Shown one piece after another: positions 38,090 through 50,600 of a DNA stretch of 64,000 bases. This stretch comes from Macrostomum hystrix. Lineage: Eukaryota > Animalia > Platyhelminthes. Location: the NCBI GenBank assembly GCA_950097015.1, contig CATNEN010000039.1, positions 5,146,001 to 5,210,000 on the forward strand. Direction: 5' to 3'. Each line of letters begins with the position of its first letter. Position 1 is the stretch's first letter. The notes below the pieces were generated by a model. The model ran no database searches, had not been told where the DNA came from, and saw only the letters and a list, made by a program, of their open reading frames with translations. The translations under genes were made by a program, and so were the position numbers.

Positions 38090-40186
38090 CGCTGCCCAAA
38101 CGCCAGTCTCGCCAATCAAGCGCCCACTGGGCCTCCGACCCCAGCGTCACTCGAGCCCGCAGCCTCGTCCAAGCAACGGTTGCCAGACACGGCGCCGGTA
38201 GTGAGCAGGCAACAGCGGCGACCGACACCCTGAGAGACGCTCACCGCATCGCTGCCGAGCTCGCAACCCAAGAGGCGCTCACCGAGATCCAGGCGGCCAC
38301 GGACAACTGTCGCCCTGCGGCCGCCTGGCGGGCCATCAACCGTCTGTCGGGCCGTCGCGCCACACCGAAGGCTATCATCCCTGCCAACTCCCAAGAAGAG
38401 CGCAAGCAGATGATGGCTGACCATTTCGAAGGCGTCCTCAACGCCGACGCGCCCGACCCCCTGCTCCCGCCTCTTGAAGGCCTCTCGCCCATTCCCGACG
38501 GCACCTTCGACTGCTCTCCTTTCCGCTCTGCAGAGGTGAAGAAAGCCCTGCAGACAATGAGATCCGATACCGCCGCAGGAGTTGACGAAATCCCGCCGCG
38601 CGTCCTCAAGCTTCCCGAGCTGCTGCCTGTTCTCACGGGTATTCTCAACCGCTCCTGCCCCTTGGGAGGTGATCCCACAGCCCGAGCTCCGGCTCTTTGG
38701 AGGATATCCAAGATCATCGCCATACCCAAGAAAGGAAGCTCCAGCAGCCTTGACAACCTCCGCGGCATTGCCCTCGAGTGCACGCTGGTTAAAGTCCTGA
38801 ACATCGTCCTGCGCAACCGCCTGCTGCCCACTATCAATCAGCGGCTTCTTCACCTCCAGAGTGGTTTCCGCCCTGGCCGCTCGACCTCTGAGCAGGTGGC
38901 TGCCATCCGCTGCGTGGTCGAAGCCTGCAGGACGCGACAGATGTCGGCATCCATCGTTTTCGTCGACTTCCTCAAAGCGTTTGATTCCATCAGCAGGCCG
39001 GCCATTGCATGGCTGCTCAAAGAACACGGCGTTCCACAATTGCTCATCCAAGCAGTGATGGACCTTTACACCGACTCCAGTGCTTTTATTCAGACTGCAG
39101 ACGGGCCCACGACCGAGTTCGCTACCTATCCGCCCACATCCCGCTGGCTGCGGCCCAGGCCGCCATTCGCCGCCACTGCCTTGCCCGCTGGCACCAGCTG
39201 TACCGCGCGGCGGCCGCCGACGCTGCGGGCACGAGCTCGCTGCCCTGGCACGCCGCCTGCACCTCGGGCCACCTGCCGCCTCCTCCGCCGACTGACCTCT
39301 CGCGGCGGCACGAGCGGCTGATCTGCCAGCTGCGCGCCGACCGCTGCCATGCCCTCCGGGGCTTCCAGGCCACGATTGGCGCCCCGGTGGCCCCCACCTG
39401 TCGACTCTGTGGCGAGGGCGACGAGACGGCGGCCCACGTGCTCCTCGCCTGCCCCGCCCTGACCGCCCACCGCTGCCGCCTCTGGGGCCCCTGCCCGGAG
39501 CCCGCTGCGGTCTTTGAATGCTGTGCTTCCGTGCTGGCCCTGCTTGGGAAGGCGGGCATCATCTGATGCCCGGTGCCATGGGCCCTGGCCCGCGCACGCC
39601 CGAAGAAGAAGAAGAAGAAGAAGTTCGCTACCACCTCTGGTGTTCTTCAAGGAGACACCCTTTCTCCTTTTCTTTTCGTGATGGTCATGGACTTCGTTCT
39701 CAGGCGCGCCCTACGCGACGACGATGGCTTCATGGTCACCCGCAGGCGTAGTGCCCGGCTCCCCTGCGTCCGCCTGACCTGCCTCGCCTATGCCGACGAC
39801 GTCGCCCTGACCTGCTGCGACCCTGACGCAGCCCTGAGAGCGGTCTGTCGCCTGGCTGAGGAAGGCGGGAGAGTCGGGCTTCACATTAACTACAACAAGA
39901 CGGCCCTCCTTCGCTCGTTCCCTGCAAAGGCGTCGGCAAATGCTGGCCGGCCACTGCCTGCGGGCTCATGCGAGGGGTGCGGGCCCGCCGCTCGCGACCC
40001 TTCTGCTCAACCCGCCCAGTGAAGGCCTTCGGCGTGGACAGGGCCGTCGCGTGACTCTACTTGATTGCCTTTTAACTGACTTGCAGAGTCTTGGCTTCTC
40101 CCCCCAGGCTGCTGCCAGGGCTGACTCCCGCGTTTTTCGGCAGCGTGTGTTCGCTGCAGTTTTCTAACCTCCGCAGCGTCCGTTAT
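38090..40186 (+). mobile_element. RTE-like non-LTR retrotransposon, 5'-truncated, internally deleted; TSD tataatgcat (38080-38089 / 40187-40196)
   Basis: RT motifs AAGVDEIP, IPKKG, LRGIAL, QSGFRPGRST, FVDFLKAFDSI, GVLQGDTLSPFLF, LAYADD and GLHINYNKT; short (TTA) tail; 10-bp direct repeats flank the element. Confidence 0.88.
39127..39621 (+). mobile_element. 5'-truncated LINE 3' end (I/Ingi-group-like, CCHC zinc knuckle) with (GAA)n tail, nested in the RTE RT; TSD agttcgctacc
   Basis: CRLCGEGDETAAHVLLAC, stop at 39566, (GAA)7 tail; 11-bp duplication at 39116-39126 and 39622-39632. Removal restores EFATTSGVLQGD. Confidence 0.88.
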
Positions 40187-40867
40187 TATAATGCATTACG
40201 AGAATTATGAAGAATGTTGTCATAAACAAATCAGAAGCCAAGCTGTATAGGCTAATTTTATTTCTGATTAGTTGCTATTTTGGTTCATGATAAATAAACG
40301 AATTTTTTCCTTGAAAATCAGCCTTTAATGAATTTTCCAAGAAACGAGTTATCCCATCCTTCTTCTTTTAGTGGTTCTTGGAAAGAGCACGTTGACTTCA
40401 TTTAATTTTTTCTGATGTTTACTATCTAACTGTCTATATGTTGATAAATGCAGCAACAAGAGGTGTTTGTTAGTTTTTTTTTATTTTAATTTATTAAAAT
40501 TTATTAAAATACCCTAAATTGGGTATCGAATGAACTTTCAAATCTTTCTGCTTTAGAGGTGCGCAAAATTCTTTCTAAATAATTCTTTCTCAAAAAGTTG
40601 TCCTGGACTTTTGAGATCTGCGTAGAGAGTATTGTCTCCTTGCCATGCACGCATGTACTCACCAAAGCTCACTTATCTGTGCGCGTTGATACTCGTACTC
40701 CCTCTACTCCCGATTGGAATGATAAGGGCTAAGCTAAATTGACTTACAATGTAGTTTGCAAAAAAAGCGTTCACAGCAAAGAACCCCCAAGCTGGAAAAA
40801 TATTTATTTTTGCAGACGCAAATGAAGCCATCCTAGTTTACTTCGTACATGGCTTAGCATTCACGGA

Positions 40868-42738
40868 ATGCGCGTTAGAATAAGCCATGCAGTGTCCCTA
40901 GTGGACCAGGTAATCAGTATTACCGTGACAGGCTGTCGCGGACTTCAACCAGTCACCCTTCGTCTCACGGTAGCAGAACCCTACGGCAGATTCTCCTCGT
41001 TCGGTCACTATCTCGCGGACGCCAGTGGAGAAGTGCACACTGAACGTGATCATTGCCAGGGCGGCAGCTACCGCGGCCTGGACTCAATGGGCCTGTTCTG
41101 GTCGCTTCGACAGGACCCGGGCCAGCGCGCCGGTCTGCGATTTCTACGCCGCAACGCTTTGGAGCCGATTGACTTCCGGCTGCGCGTCTTTCCTGGCGAC
41201 CTGGACGCCAGTTCAGCTGGACTTGACATCAAGGACACCCTCGCCGGAGCAGAAACTGCCATTCGGCGGACCTATCTGAGCCCGAATGTCACGAGGACAC
41301 CTATGTCAGTGGGTCGTCTGCGCGGAACTTTGTTCCATCCATCGGTTGCTGACGAGAGTCGCTATCCGGGAGTGCTGGACCTGTTTGGCATGGGTGGTGG
41401 CCTCATGGAGCATCGAGCTGCCCTGCTGGCCTCCAAGGGCTTCACGGTTCTGGCGCTGGCCTACTTTGACCACTCCGACCTGCCGGATCTCTTGTCTGTT
41501 TTCGAGTTGGACTATTTCGTTGAGGCTATTCAGTACATGCTGGCGCATCCGAAGGTTTTTTAATTTGATATTCTTAGCCATTTTCTTACTTTCAATTCGT
41601 CTTGTTTAATTCATTTGAAGAGACGTGCATTGGTTAATCATAAACGCGTTCGAGTCTCGTATCATGCACAAAAATTGTCAGAGTTCTTATCAACACAAAG
41701 CAAGACTCATTCGAGACGGAGACAATTCTAGCGAGATGACTAATTGTTGCCTAGAGCATTCGGACTCACGACTCACTCAAAGTTCGGGGGTTTGATTATC
41801 AGCTCCACTGGTACGATTTTCGTCCTTTAGCAAGACACTCACCTCTGTATGGCTTCAGTGCACCAAGCTTTTAAATGAGTATCAGCATCGGTTGGGGTAA
41901 TCGAGGGTGGATTAGGCGTCAAAGCAGTCCATGGACTGAACAGCCGCACGCAGCCTTCAGACGCGCCGCGCCGCGCAAAAGCTGCGACTGTGCTATCGGC
42001 AGCACACCTGCATGACCCGATCGGGACAGGTGGAATCAGTTAAATACCATGTCGTTTTATTGTACTCATATGAGTTTACGAAACACCGCAGTCAAATGTA
42101 AATAATCAGGTAAGAAACCCTGTACAATATGTATTTCGTCTCCCGCTGTTCCCATAACCAAGGTACGCGGCCCCAAGCTTGGTATCGTTGGCACCAGCGC
42201 CGGGGCGAACATCGCTGCCGATCTGGCCGTGCACTGCAGTGACAGCGTAGCCTGCGTCGTCTGGATCAACGGCATACACTGTCGCATCATCCTGCCTGTG
42301 AAGTACGCCGGTCGCTCTTATCCCTACCTGACACCAAGGAATGATCTAGTGAAGCGCTCCATTGTTGATGGAATTGAAGTGATCAATCTTCGAGACTGCT
42401 TCGATGCCGACTGTTCCGAAGAGCACTGGGTGCGAGTGGAGGATTCGGCCGCCAATTTTCTCTTCATCTCAAGTATGGACGACCAGGGCGTGCCGAACTA
42501 CTCTGGCAGGCTGCTAGCGGAGCGACTGACTGCGGCTGGCAAATCCAACTACCGCCTGCTGCAGTATCCGGGAGCTGGGCACCTGCTGGAGCCGCCGTTC
42601 AGCCCAATGAACCGACTGGTCTATCAGCGGGCTCATCGCGGGGTTGTGGACTTCGGTGGCGACGCGTTCTGGCACAACCTGGCGCAGGTCGATGCATGGA
42701 AACAGGCACAGCAGTTTTTGAAGCGTAACCTGGAATAG
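40868..42738 (+). CDS. Acyl-CoA thioesterase / bile acid-CoA:amino acid N-acyltransferase (ACOT/BAAT family), 420 aa; exons 40868-41554 and 42163-42738
   Basis: ADASGEV...GGSYRGLDSMGLFWSL, GRLRGTLF, PGVLDLFGMGGGLMEHRAALLASKGF, LDYF, nucleophile GTSAG, acid in SSMDD, and YPGAGHLLEPP; the phase-0 intron is in frame. Confidence 0.92.
41745..42040 (+). mobile_element. SINE family B copy in the ACOT intron
   Basis: ttgcctagagcattcggac head, gtcctttagcaagacact core, cagtccatggactgaacagccgcacgcagccttcaga 3' part. Confidence 0.6.
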
Positions 42739-42971
42739 ATCGCTCAGTGAACTGAGATGCATTGCGAACTAATATTCCATATTATAGTCCTAGTGACTAA
42801 CCGAAAATAATTGCTCACTTTTCAGATAGCGATGACTGCTTTATTACCCATCATTGATCCATTAATTGCGAAAAACTGTGCTGAAAAATGAATAACTTCC
42901 ATTTATCTCCCTTTTCGCACCTACCCAAAAACATTCAGACCATAAGCAAGTTCAAATAAATATATTAAGAA

Positions 42972-43340
42972 TCCTGAGCTCGATTCCGCAGTGAGAACAC
43001 ATTCATTTGGGGGCGCAGCCGCGGAGAGAATGCTGGGGGGCTTGTTGTGCAATTTACGTCCTTGAAGGCAAACCCCCCAAGGCACAGTGAGGGGGTACAC
43101 AGTGAGGGGGTTCACAGTGAGGGGGTTCACATTGAGGGGGTACATACTGTATAAAAGTGACAAAGTCAGGTCAGATGTTCACACCTGTTCGAGTGTGGGA
43201 AAAAAGTGTATTGTAGTAGTGTATTGAGTATTGTATCTGTGTCTGTGTGTGTGCTCAGGAGTCGGCGGAAGGGGCAGACTGACCAAAACGAGGTGCCAGT
43301 GCCCACAGCCTGCCCGACTTTATCATATTATAATTATTAT
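42972..43340 (+). mobile_element. SINE family A copy (5'-truncated)
   Basis: cctgagctcgattccgc...ggggggcttgttgtgcaattt body and AT-rich tail. Confidence 0.7.
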
Positions 43341-44546
43341 GTGTTCATATTTCGACGCCATTGGAAAAATGGCATATTTCTTGATTTCCCTTTGTAGGCT
43401 TGTTGCAGATCAGAAAAAGTTTTCTATAGAGAGTACGAGCTTTCTGAAATTGTGCAGAAACATGCCAAGGACCGCACTAGTAGTAGGTTGGGAAAGTGCG
43501 TTTCTTAAAAAAGTTTAAAGCACAGGTATATGCGGGAAAAAGAGACTATACGGAGATAGGAGATTTACATTTTTCTGCACAAATTTAGTTTGATTGACCC
43601 TTTAATTGGAGTCAGATCAAAGACTTATCTTTTCTTATTTATAGCTTTGTATCTGCTCCCAAACGCTATCACCATTTAAATAGGAAAAATGCAGAAAATC
43701 CAATCTCTGAATGGAACTTCTCGACCACAAACAAGCCTCCTACACTTTTTTTCAAGAAATTATGCTTTTTGTTATTCCATTTCAAGTGGTCCTTGTTCGC
43801 CTCACTACTGTAAGAGAACAGTTAGTTGTGAAGCATGCATCAAGTTTTTTCTATTGTTAATAAGCTTCAACTAACGTTTTCACAAATTTTAGTCAATTAG
43901 TTAGAGGAATTTAAGTTGGCTACGGTGTCAGTCTTCATTATAACGCAGTAATGAGACACAGGCTAACTGACGACATGACCAGACCTCTGCGATAGCATGT
44001 GATTTGCATGCAAACAGGTGTTGGACAGAATATTCAACCATTGCCAAACAATACGATACATCCAAAAAGGGAAGTGACATTACAATGACTTCAATAAGAC
44101 AAGTTTTTATTGCTAGTCCTGATCAATTTGACAATCCAATAAATTTTTGGATGTCGCAGTGATCCCTGATGTGCCAATGTGCAGTTACCCAGACCAGCAA
44201 TCTAGAAAAAAAATTGAATCAGCGATTTCCTAGAACACGCAGGCCTGCGAAAACATTCTAAAACATGCAGGCAAGCGTTTTTGTTAAACAAGAATTCCGT
44301 TTTTAGAAGTTGTGACTGAGCAGTGAAGGCACACTTCCTTTAGGCCTTCTAGGGCTAGAGAAGAGGACATATTTGAACCTCGAAGTAAAATAAAATAAAA
44401 GGACAATTTTTTACGAAAATTGATTCGCTGTCGCTACATGATCCGGCTAGCGCTGGTCTCGCAGTTTGAGTCGCTACTTTTCTGGAAGGTGGGGCAAAGC
44501 CCTCCCCTCCTCGACGAAAACTGCTGACTTTGGCGATTGCCCTGGC

Positions 44547-44554
44547 TATAAATA
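44547..44554 (+). promoter_or_regulatory. Candidate TATA box of the lectin gene
   Basis: TATAAATA in a GC-rich context ~90 bp upstream of the signal-peptide ATG at 44641. Confidence 0.5.
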
Positions 44555-44640
44555 TGCGACCTCCGCGCGGTGAGCTCGGCGCCGCCTCCGACAACTACTA
44601 ACTACCAAGAGAACCAAGCTACCTGTGACCAACCTCCAAA

Positions 44641-47600
44641 ATGCAGTGCAGGTCTGTTGCGCCAATGGCCGCCCTTCTCGTCTGCTCTTTGCTGGCAACG
44701 GCAACCGGTAAGGTTGTTCTGATCCTCATCAATTCAAGTAGCAATCGGGTTTGAAGTTCTGTACCCGTTTCATAAAAAAATGTGCTACTTATTTCAGGCG
44801 TTCAGGGCAGCGGTGAGTTGTTTGTAGGGTGTTTGGGAATAATTTAATGAGGCGTAGGAGCTAGGCGGTGGTTCCTTCGGTTTTGGTTTGATTGTCCGTG
44901 AGAACAAAAGGTTTGGAGTGATGGCGCTCCGCGTGCTGTATATTTATAGATAAGTATTTACTTTACCGGAAGGTTCTGGAAAATTCATTGAGCATAACAA
45001 AGATGAATTATTGATTATGAGAAGATGCAATTAAGCTAATCAGTACTATACTAAAATACTTGTAAATTATTCAATTAATATTATTTATTGGTACGAAAGA
45101 GAGTTACTTTGTACAAAGGAATTTTCAGGAAAAATAAAGAAGTTTTGAATGTGGAAATTTCTAGAATTTTACGGTATGCTCGCGGTATAGAGTACGCTAC
45201 ATGTTCACATATTGAACTTCTAGAGGGGTCTACGAGGTTTGCCAGCCGGAAGGTTGCCAGCCGAGAGGTTTGCCAGTTTGTCCCACTCCCCCCATTATTC
45301 ATGAGTTTGACTCAACTCCCTCTCCCTTCCATTTAACCGTTTCAGCGTTGATTACTTTCAGGTAGACAATCAGAAAAGCACTGAAGTTCCTGAAGACAAT
45401 CAAAAGAGGACGAAATTATGCGGCAGAAATATGTAACAGTAATTATCTTCAGGAACTCAGAACCCCCACCCCCTATCATGAGTTCCCGAAAACAAAAAAG
45501 ACAGAAAATTGTATTACACATTATTACAGACTCTTGTATAAAACTATTATTACTGCTTTATTACTACGCTATTACACATAATGGCACGTGCAGTGAGTTG
45601 GAACTATTTGAGGAAAAATGCAACTCAATACAGTAAAAAGAATTCGGTCCAACAGCGCAACAAAATGTTTCTGTGTAACTCAAGCCGGGAAAAACTGTAT
45701 TACAAAAAGCAGCACCACAAAAAGGTAGTTAAGCATTCGCCATCATCAGCTTCTGGGCAAAAGCGACTCTAAAAGTTGCTTGTGCTTACTTGTATTAAGT
45801 ATAATTCATCCTTCTTTAATTACTTCGGAACTTTTAAAAGCATTTTCATTATTAAGAGTGCCACCCAAGGCCAAGATAGTAAAAATCAAATATACTGAAA
45901 CAAGGGACCGAACTGCAAATGTAAGAGAAACTGACAAAAACAGCAGCACCCTGAAAGTTTGAACTCGTCTAACTTGTGCCTCACAATTTGCAACGAATGT
46001 GATTATAGAAAGATTATCCCCTGGTCTTTACCTGTAAAACAATTATGTCACTATTTCACCGCAGTATTGACAGCTTGTCATTTGATAAACAATTGCCAGC
46101 TATTACTTGCTCAAGTGATGGGCGATGCCCCTCAGGAAAGAGCGCAACGGAAAGTCAGCTGGCAGTCCACCGTCATTCCAGCGTTGCGTGATACGCAGGA
46201 CCATCGCGTTGCTCTGCGCGTACTTCTGCCTCTCTTGTGGCACTTCGCCCGCGGCAGCTCGCTGCATCAGTAGGCGCTGATGGTCTTGTTCCTTTTTGAG
46301 GCAGCTGAGTAGCCTGAAGACTTGCGGACTGCTGCACCTGAGCACGACTTGAAGCCTTCGATGCCAAGCTTCCACACAGTTGTTGGTCCGATGCCGACCC
46401 TCAAGCGTGCGCTGACGGACGTTCCAGACGGCTAGTTCAAACCTTGGTTGCCGCCTCTGGCCATTTGGAAGACGCCGACCAATCCATTGATCCTCAAAGT
46501 AATTCGCCACCGGCGTGAGCTGCTCTGGGAAACCAGGCATCATTATCAGGTTGTCAAACGATGTGGCGACGGATTCAATGGGCACAAATGCCAGAGCAGT
46601 GAGGCAGCGCATCCAGAGCGATGTTTCCCCATCGTCCTGCTCCAGCTGTTGCTTTAGGCCTTCAGATATGGCCTTGCGGTACACGCACTGCCCTAGGTGA
46701 AATAGACACCCTGACGCGACAATGTCAAAAACGTGCCTGATGGCGTTCATGTGCGCTCGCTCGAAGTCGGCCATCCACCTGATTGGCTGCATGTTTGGTG
46801 CAAGATGGAAAAGCGTCTCGTAAAATCGCTGGTAAGTTTCTTGCGTCTTCTTAGGCCACAAGGCGTATATAAGTGGCCGAACAAACCCATGCCGCTCAAC
46901 GTGGACTTTCATCAACTGAGCAAACAAATTCGGAGAAGCATCGAATGTTCCATCCGAGTAGAAATCACTTGCTTCTTGCAGAAAGCCGAGGCTTTCCTCG
47001 CAACCGAAAATCAGGATCCGATCCGCCGTAGGTCCAGAATCGTGGAGTAGAAACCGCTGTCCATTGTGCTGTTGAAAATCTTCAGGGAGAACCAGCTCAG
47101 CTCGACTGGTTGGTTGGATGGGCAAGCCCTGAACCACTTTACGGGTAGATTGGACCATTTTCTTCAGCGCAGCTTGATTGGGAATGGCGACGGCTGAGGC
47201 CTCAGGGAGATTGTTAGTATTCTCCATGATGATGGTTGTTGTTGGGTTATGAGTAGTAGCAGCTTCTCGCTTCATGCCGCGTATGGCTTCTAGAGCATGA
47301 AAACGAGCACCATCTGGCCCGTGATTGTGCTGATGCAGCTGCTCAACCTTCATGCCGTCGCGCACATGAATTCGAACGGGGCACGAATCGTGCCGGCCTT
47401 GCTCACATTGCCAGAAACTAAGGGCTTCGTCCAATTTGCTGACCTTTTCGAAAGCAAAGTAGTATCCTTCACATGCAAGTTTCGGTTTGCCTCGCTTTGT
47501 AGTGGTCGCGCGAACCGGTGTTTCGTCCATGATGTCTCTTTCTCTCAAAAGCAATGCCTTGCAAATTCAGACGAAGCTACGAGTATATATTTCGTCCACA

Positions 47601-50600
47601 CACAACACACCGCCCACCCACCCCTAATCCCTTCACGCAGACAGCCCTAGCGAGTTTTATGACCCCGTGCAAACCAAAGCAACACAGCCCCCCAGTTCAG
47701 TCTTTGTCTTAGCTTAGCCCAGCCCAAGGATCTAAATTTTGGCTCACGTTCCCCTCACTGCGTCCTGCGGATGCTGTGAAGGCCTAAAGATAGGCGGATT
47801 TTACACCCTCGGCCCAAGGCAGCGAAGCTGCGTGAGTCATCCTGCATTGCGCACCCCCCCCCCAAACGCAGGGGCTGTCTCAAGGACAGAAAGCTACCAG
47901 CCAATAGGAACTCTCCCAAGACGAACGCCTGGGCTGGTGGGCTGGGGGAAAGGCCTAAGTAATTTTAACACTTTTCGCCTCGAGCGAAGACAACGTCATA
48001 GCAAACTGTCCAGCAGCTGGCAAACTTCTGGCTGGCAACCTTCCGGCTGGCAAACCTCTCGGCGGGCAAACCTCTCGGCTGGCAAACTTCTGGCTGGCAA
48101 ACCTCTCGGCTGGCAAACTTCTGGCTGGCAAACCTCTCGGCTGGCAAACTTCTGGCTGGCAACCTTCCTGCTGGCAACCTTCCTGCTGCCAACCTTCCGG
48201 CTGGCAAACCTCTCGGCTGGCAAACCTCTCGGCGGGCAAACCTCTCGGCTGGCAAACTTCTGGCTGGCAAACCTCTCGGCTGGCAAACCTCTCGGCGGGC
48301 AAACCTCTCGGCTGGCAAACTTCTGGCTGGCAAACCTCTCGGCTGGCAAACTTCTGGCTGGCAAACCTCTCGGCTGGCAAACTTCTGGCTGGCAACCTTC
48401 CTGCTGGCAACCTTCCTGCTGGCAACCTTCCGGCTGGCAAACCTCTCGGCTGGCAAACCTCTCGGCGGGCAAACCTCTCGGCTGGCAAACTTCTGGCTGG
48501 CAAACCTCTCGGCTGGCAAACCTCTCGGCGGGCAAACCTCTCGGCTGGCAAACTTCTGGCTGGCAAACCTCTCGGCTGGCAAACTTCTGGCTGGCAACCT
48601 TCCTGCTGGCAACCTTCCTGCTGGCAACCTTCCGGCTGGCAACCTTCCTGCTGGCAACCTTCCGGCTGGCAAACCTCTCGGCGGGCAAACCTCTCGGCTG
48701 GCAAACTTCTGGCTGGCAAACTTCCTGCTGGCAACCTTCCTGCTGGCAACCTTCCGGCTGGCAAACCTCTCGGCTGGCAAACTTCTGGCTGGCAACCTTC
48801 CTGCTGGCAACCTTCCTGCTGGCAACCTTCCTGCTGGCAACCTTCCTGCTGGCAACCTTCCGGCTGGCAAACCTCTCGGCTGGCAAGCTTCTGGCTGGCA
48901 ACCTTCCGGCTGGCAACCTTCGGCTGGCAACCTTCCGGCTGGCAAACCTCTTACTCCCGTATCCCCCTTTTGCCCCGGGCGAGTGTCTATGTGACGCATG
49001 TTTTCATTTATTTCCCTAGGTGAATAAATCATTTATTTCCCGCTGCCCCGCGGGCTGATAAATTCGAGACAACAACCATAGACTAACAAAAACTAGTTAG
49101 TTTCTAGTTCTTTAGTACTTTAGTTTCCATTGACTCTTTGCTAGCTTGCCCGTTGCAATTACGGGGGATACATACCATATTTCCAACTTATTTTGTTGAC
49201 AACAAAATAAGTTGGAAATATTATACATGTATCCCCCACTTGCCCACTTATTTCGGCTGCCAGGGTGTAAAGGCTCGAGGCGCAAATTTATTGACCGAGG
49301 CGAAGCCGAGGTCAATGAAATTCGCGCCGAGTGCCTTTGCACCCTAGACAGCCGAAATAAGTGGGAGAGATGGTATGTATCCCCCACTTGGCTGCCGACT
49401 TTCATTGCACTTTAAGTCTTCTGTTTCTTGCTACGCTCTGTCTGTAGTCTATGGTGAAAATCAAAATCCGAGAGGAGGGTAGACGCTAAAAAAGACAGCC
49501 TTTATGCGAAAAAGACAGAACAGGACAGAATAGCAGACGCTTGTATATGTCTAGCCCTCGATTTGAAAGCTTGACTGAGGCCGAGGCGGAGGCCATGATT
49601 GGCGGCACGGTCCCTCCGAACACCGTAAAGAAATGCGAGTGGATGCTGTCTACTTTCAATGAATGGCACGCGTTTAAGAAGCAAGAATGGGCGACGAATG
49701 GTGGACCATCCATCATGGTTATCAAGGACATGGATGAGTTTGACAAGACGGACCTGAACTTTCTCCTGAAGTTGTTTATCCTGGAGGTCCGGACAAAACG
49801 GAACGAACGGTACTCGGCTGGTACCCTGAAGGACTTCTTCTCAATGCTACAATACCAAATGCGCAACGTGCATCGCAAGGACTGGTGCCTCTGGACGAAT
49901 GTCGAGTTTGCCGAGTGCAGAAGAGCGTTGGACGCTGCTATGAAGCTATCAACTGCTGAGGGCAAGGGCGTCGGGCTCAAGAAGTCTGACCCGGTGTCAA
50001 AGCCCATCGAAGATGACTGCTGGACGGAGGGTGTGTTTGGTTCCGAGCGTTCTCGTTTTGCACTTTCTTTGTTTATTTCCCCAGACGGGTGTGACTTATG
50101 TCTGTGGTAAAAGTTCTGTTTCGCGCGGGGGCGCGGGAAATAAATGATTTATTGCCCTAGGGCAAATAAACGAAACGCGTTACGACATAGACAATGTTGG
50201 CGGGCAAGTGGGGGATACATACTTATTTGTCCCGGCCAGATAAATTTCAACGGCCAAATAAATAAATTTATCTGGTCTATGGGCCAATCCAACTGGGGAA
50301 TAAATTGATTCGCTGAACTTTGTTACTGTTGGTTTCTTTTAATAAAGTAAAGTTTAAAATGCAAAGTTCACTGGCCACGTTTTCAGGCCTGTGAACTGGT
50401 TAATTGGCCTCGTTTCGAGTTCTCAGGCTTCATTTTTTAGTGAGGTTTGGCCATAGACGGCCATTCCACTGGTAAAGAAAGAGCCTAGGAATCAACCGTG
50501 AACCCTCATATCTGTAGGTTAATTTAACTATCTTCATTGTTAGTTGACCGATGCCGCTGCTTGAGCAGCCATGGACTGTTCTGACCGATGCCGCTGCTTG

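Larger units (their letters stand above)
37933..40375. mobile_element. MITE / non-autonomous DNA element with ~50-bp imperfect terminal inverted repeats, split by an RTE insertion
   Basis: accactagaaggacgggacacttcgtttcttggaaaatt (37933) versus the reverse complement of aattttccaagaaacgagttatcccatccttcttcttttagtggt (~40330-40375). Confidence 0.6.
45226..48958 (-). mobile_element. Mutator-like (MULE, Phantom-type) DNA transposon in lectin intron 2
   Basis: Inverted ends ggg(tctac/agtaa)gaggtttgccagccggaaggttgccagccg, an internal transposase ORF and subterminal 15-bp repeats. No TSD identified. Confidence 0.8.

Noticed and set aside
47739-49032. Several 270-430 aa ORFs on both strands
   Set aside because: Artefacts of the stop-free 15-bp MULE subterminal array.
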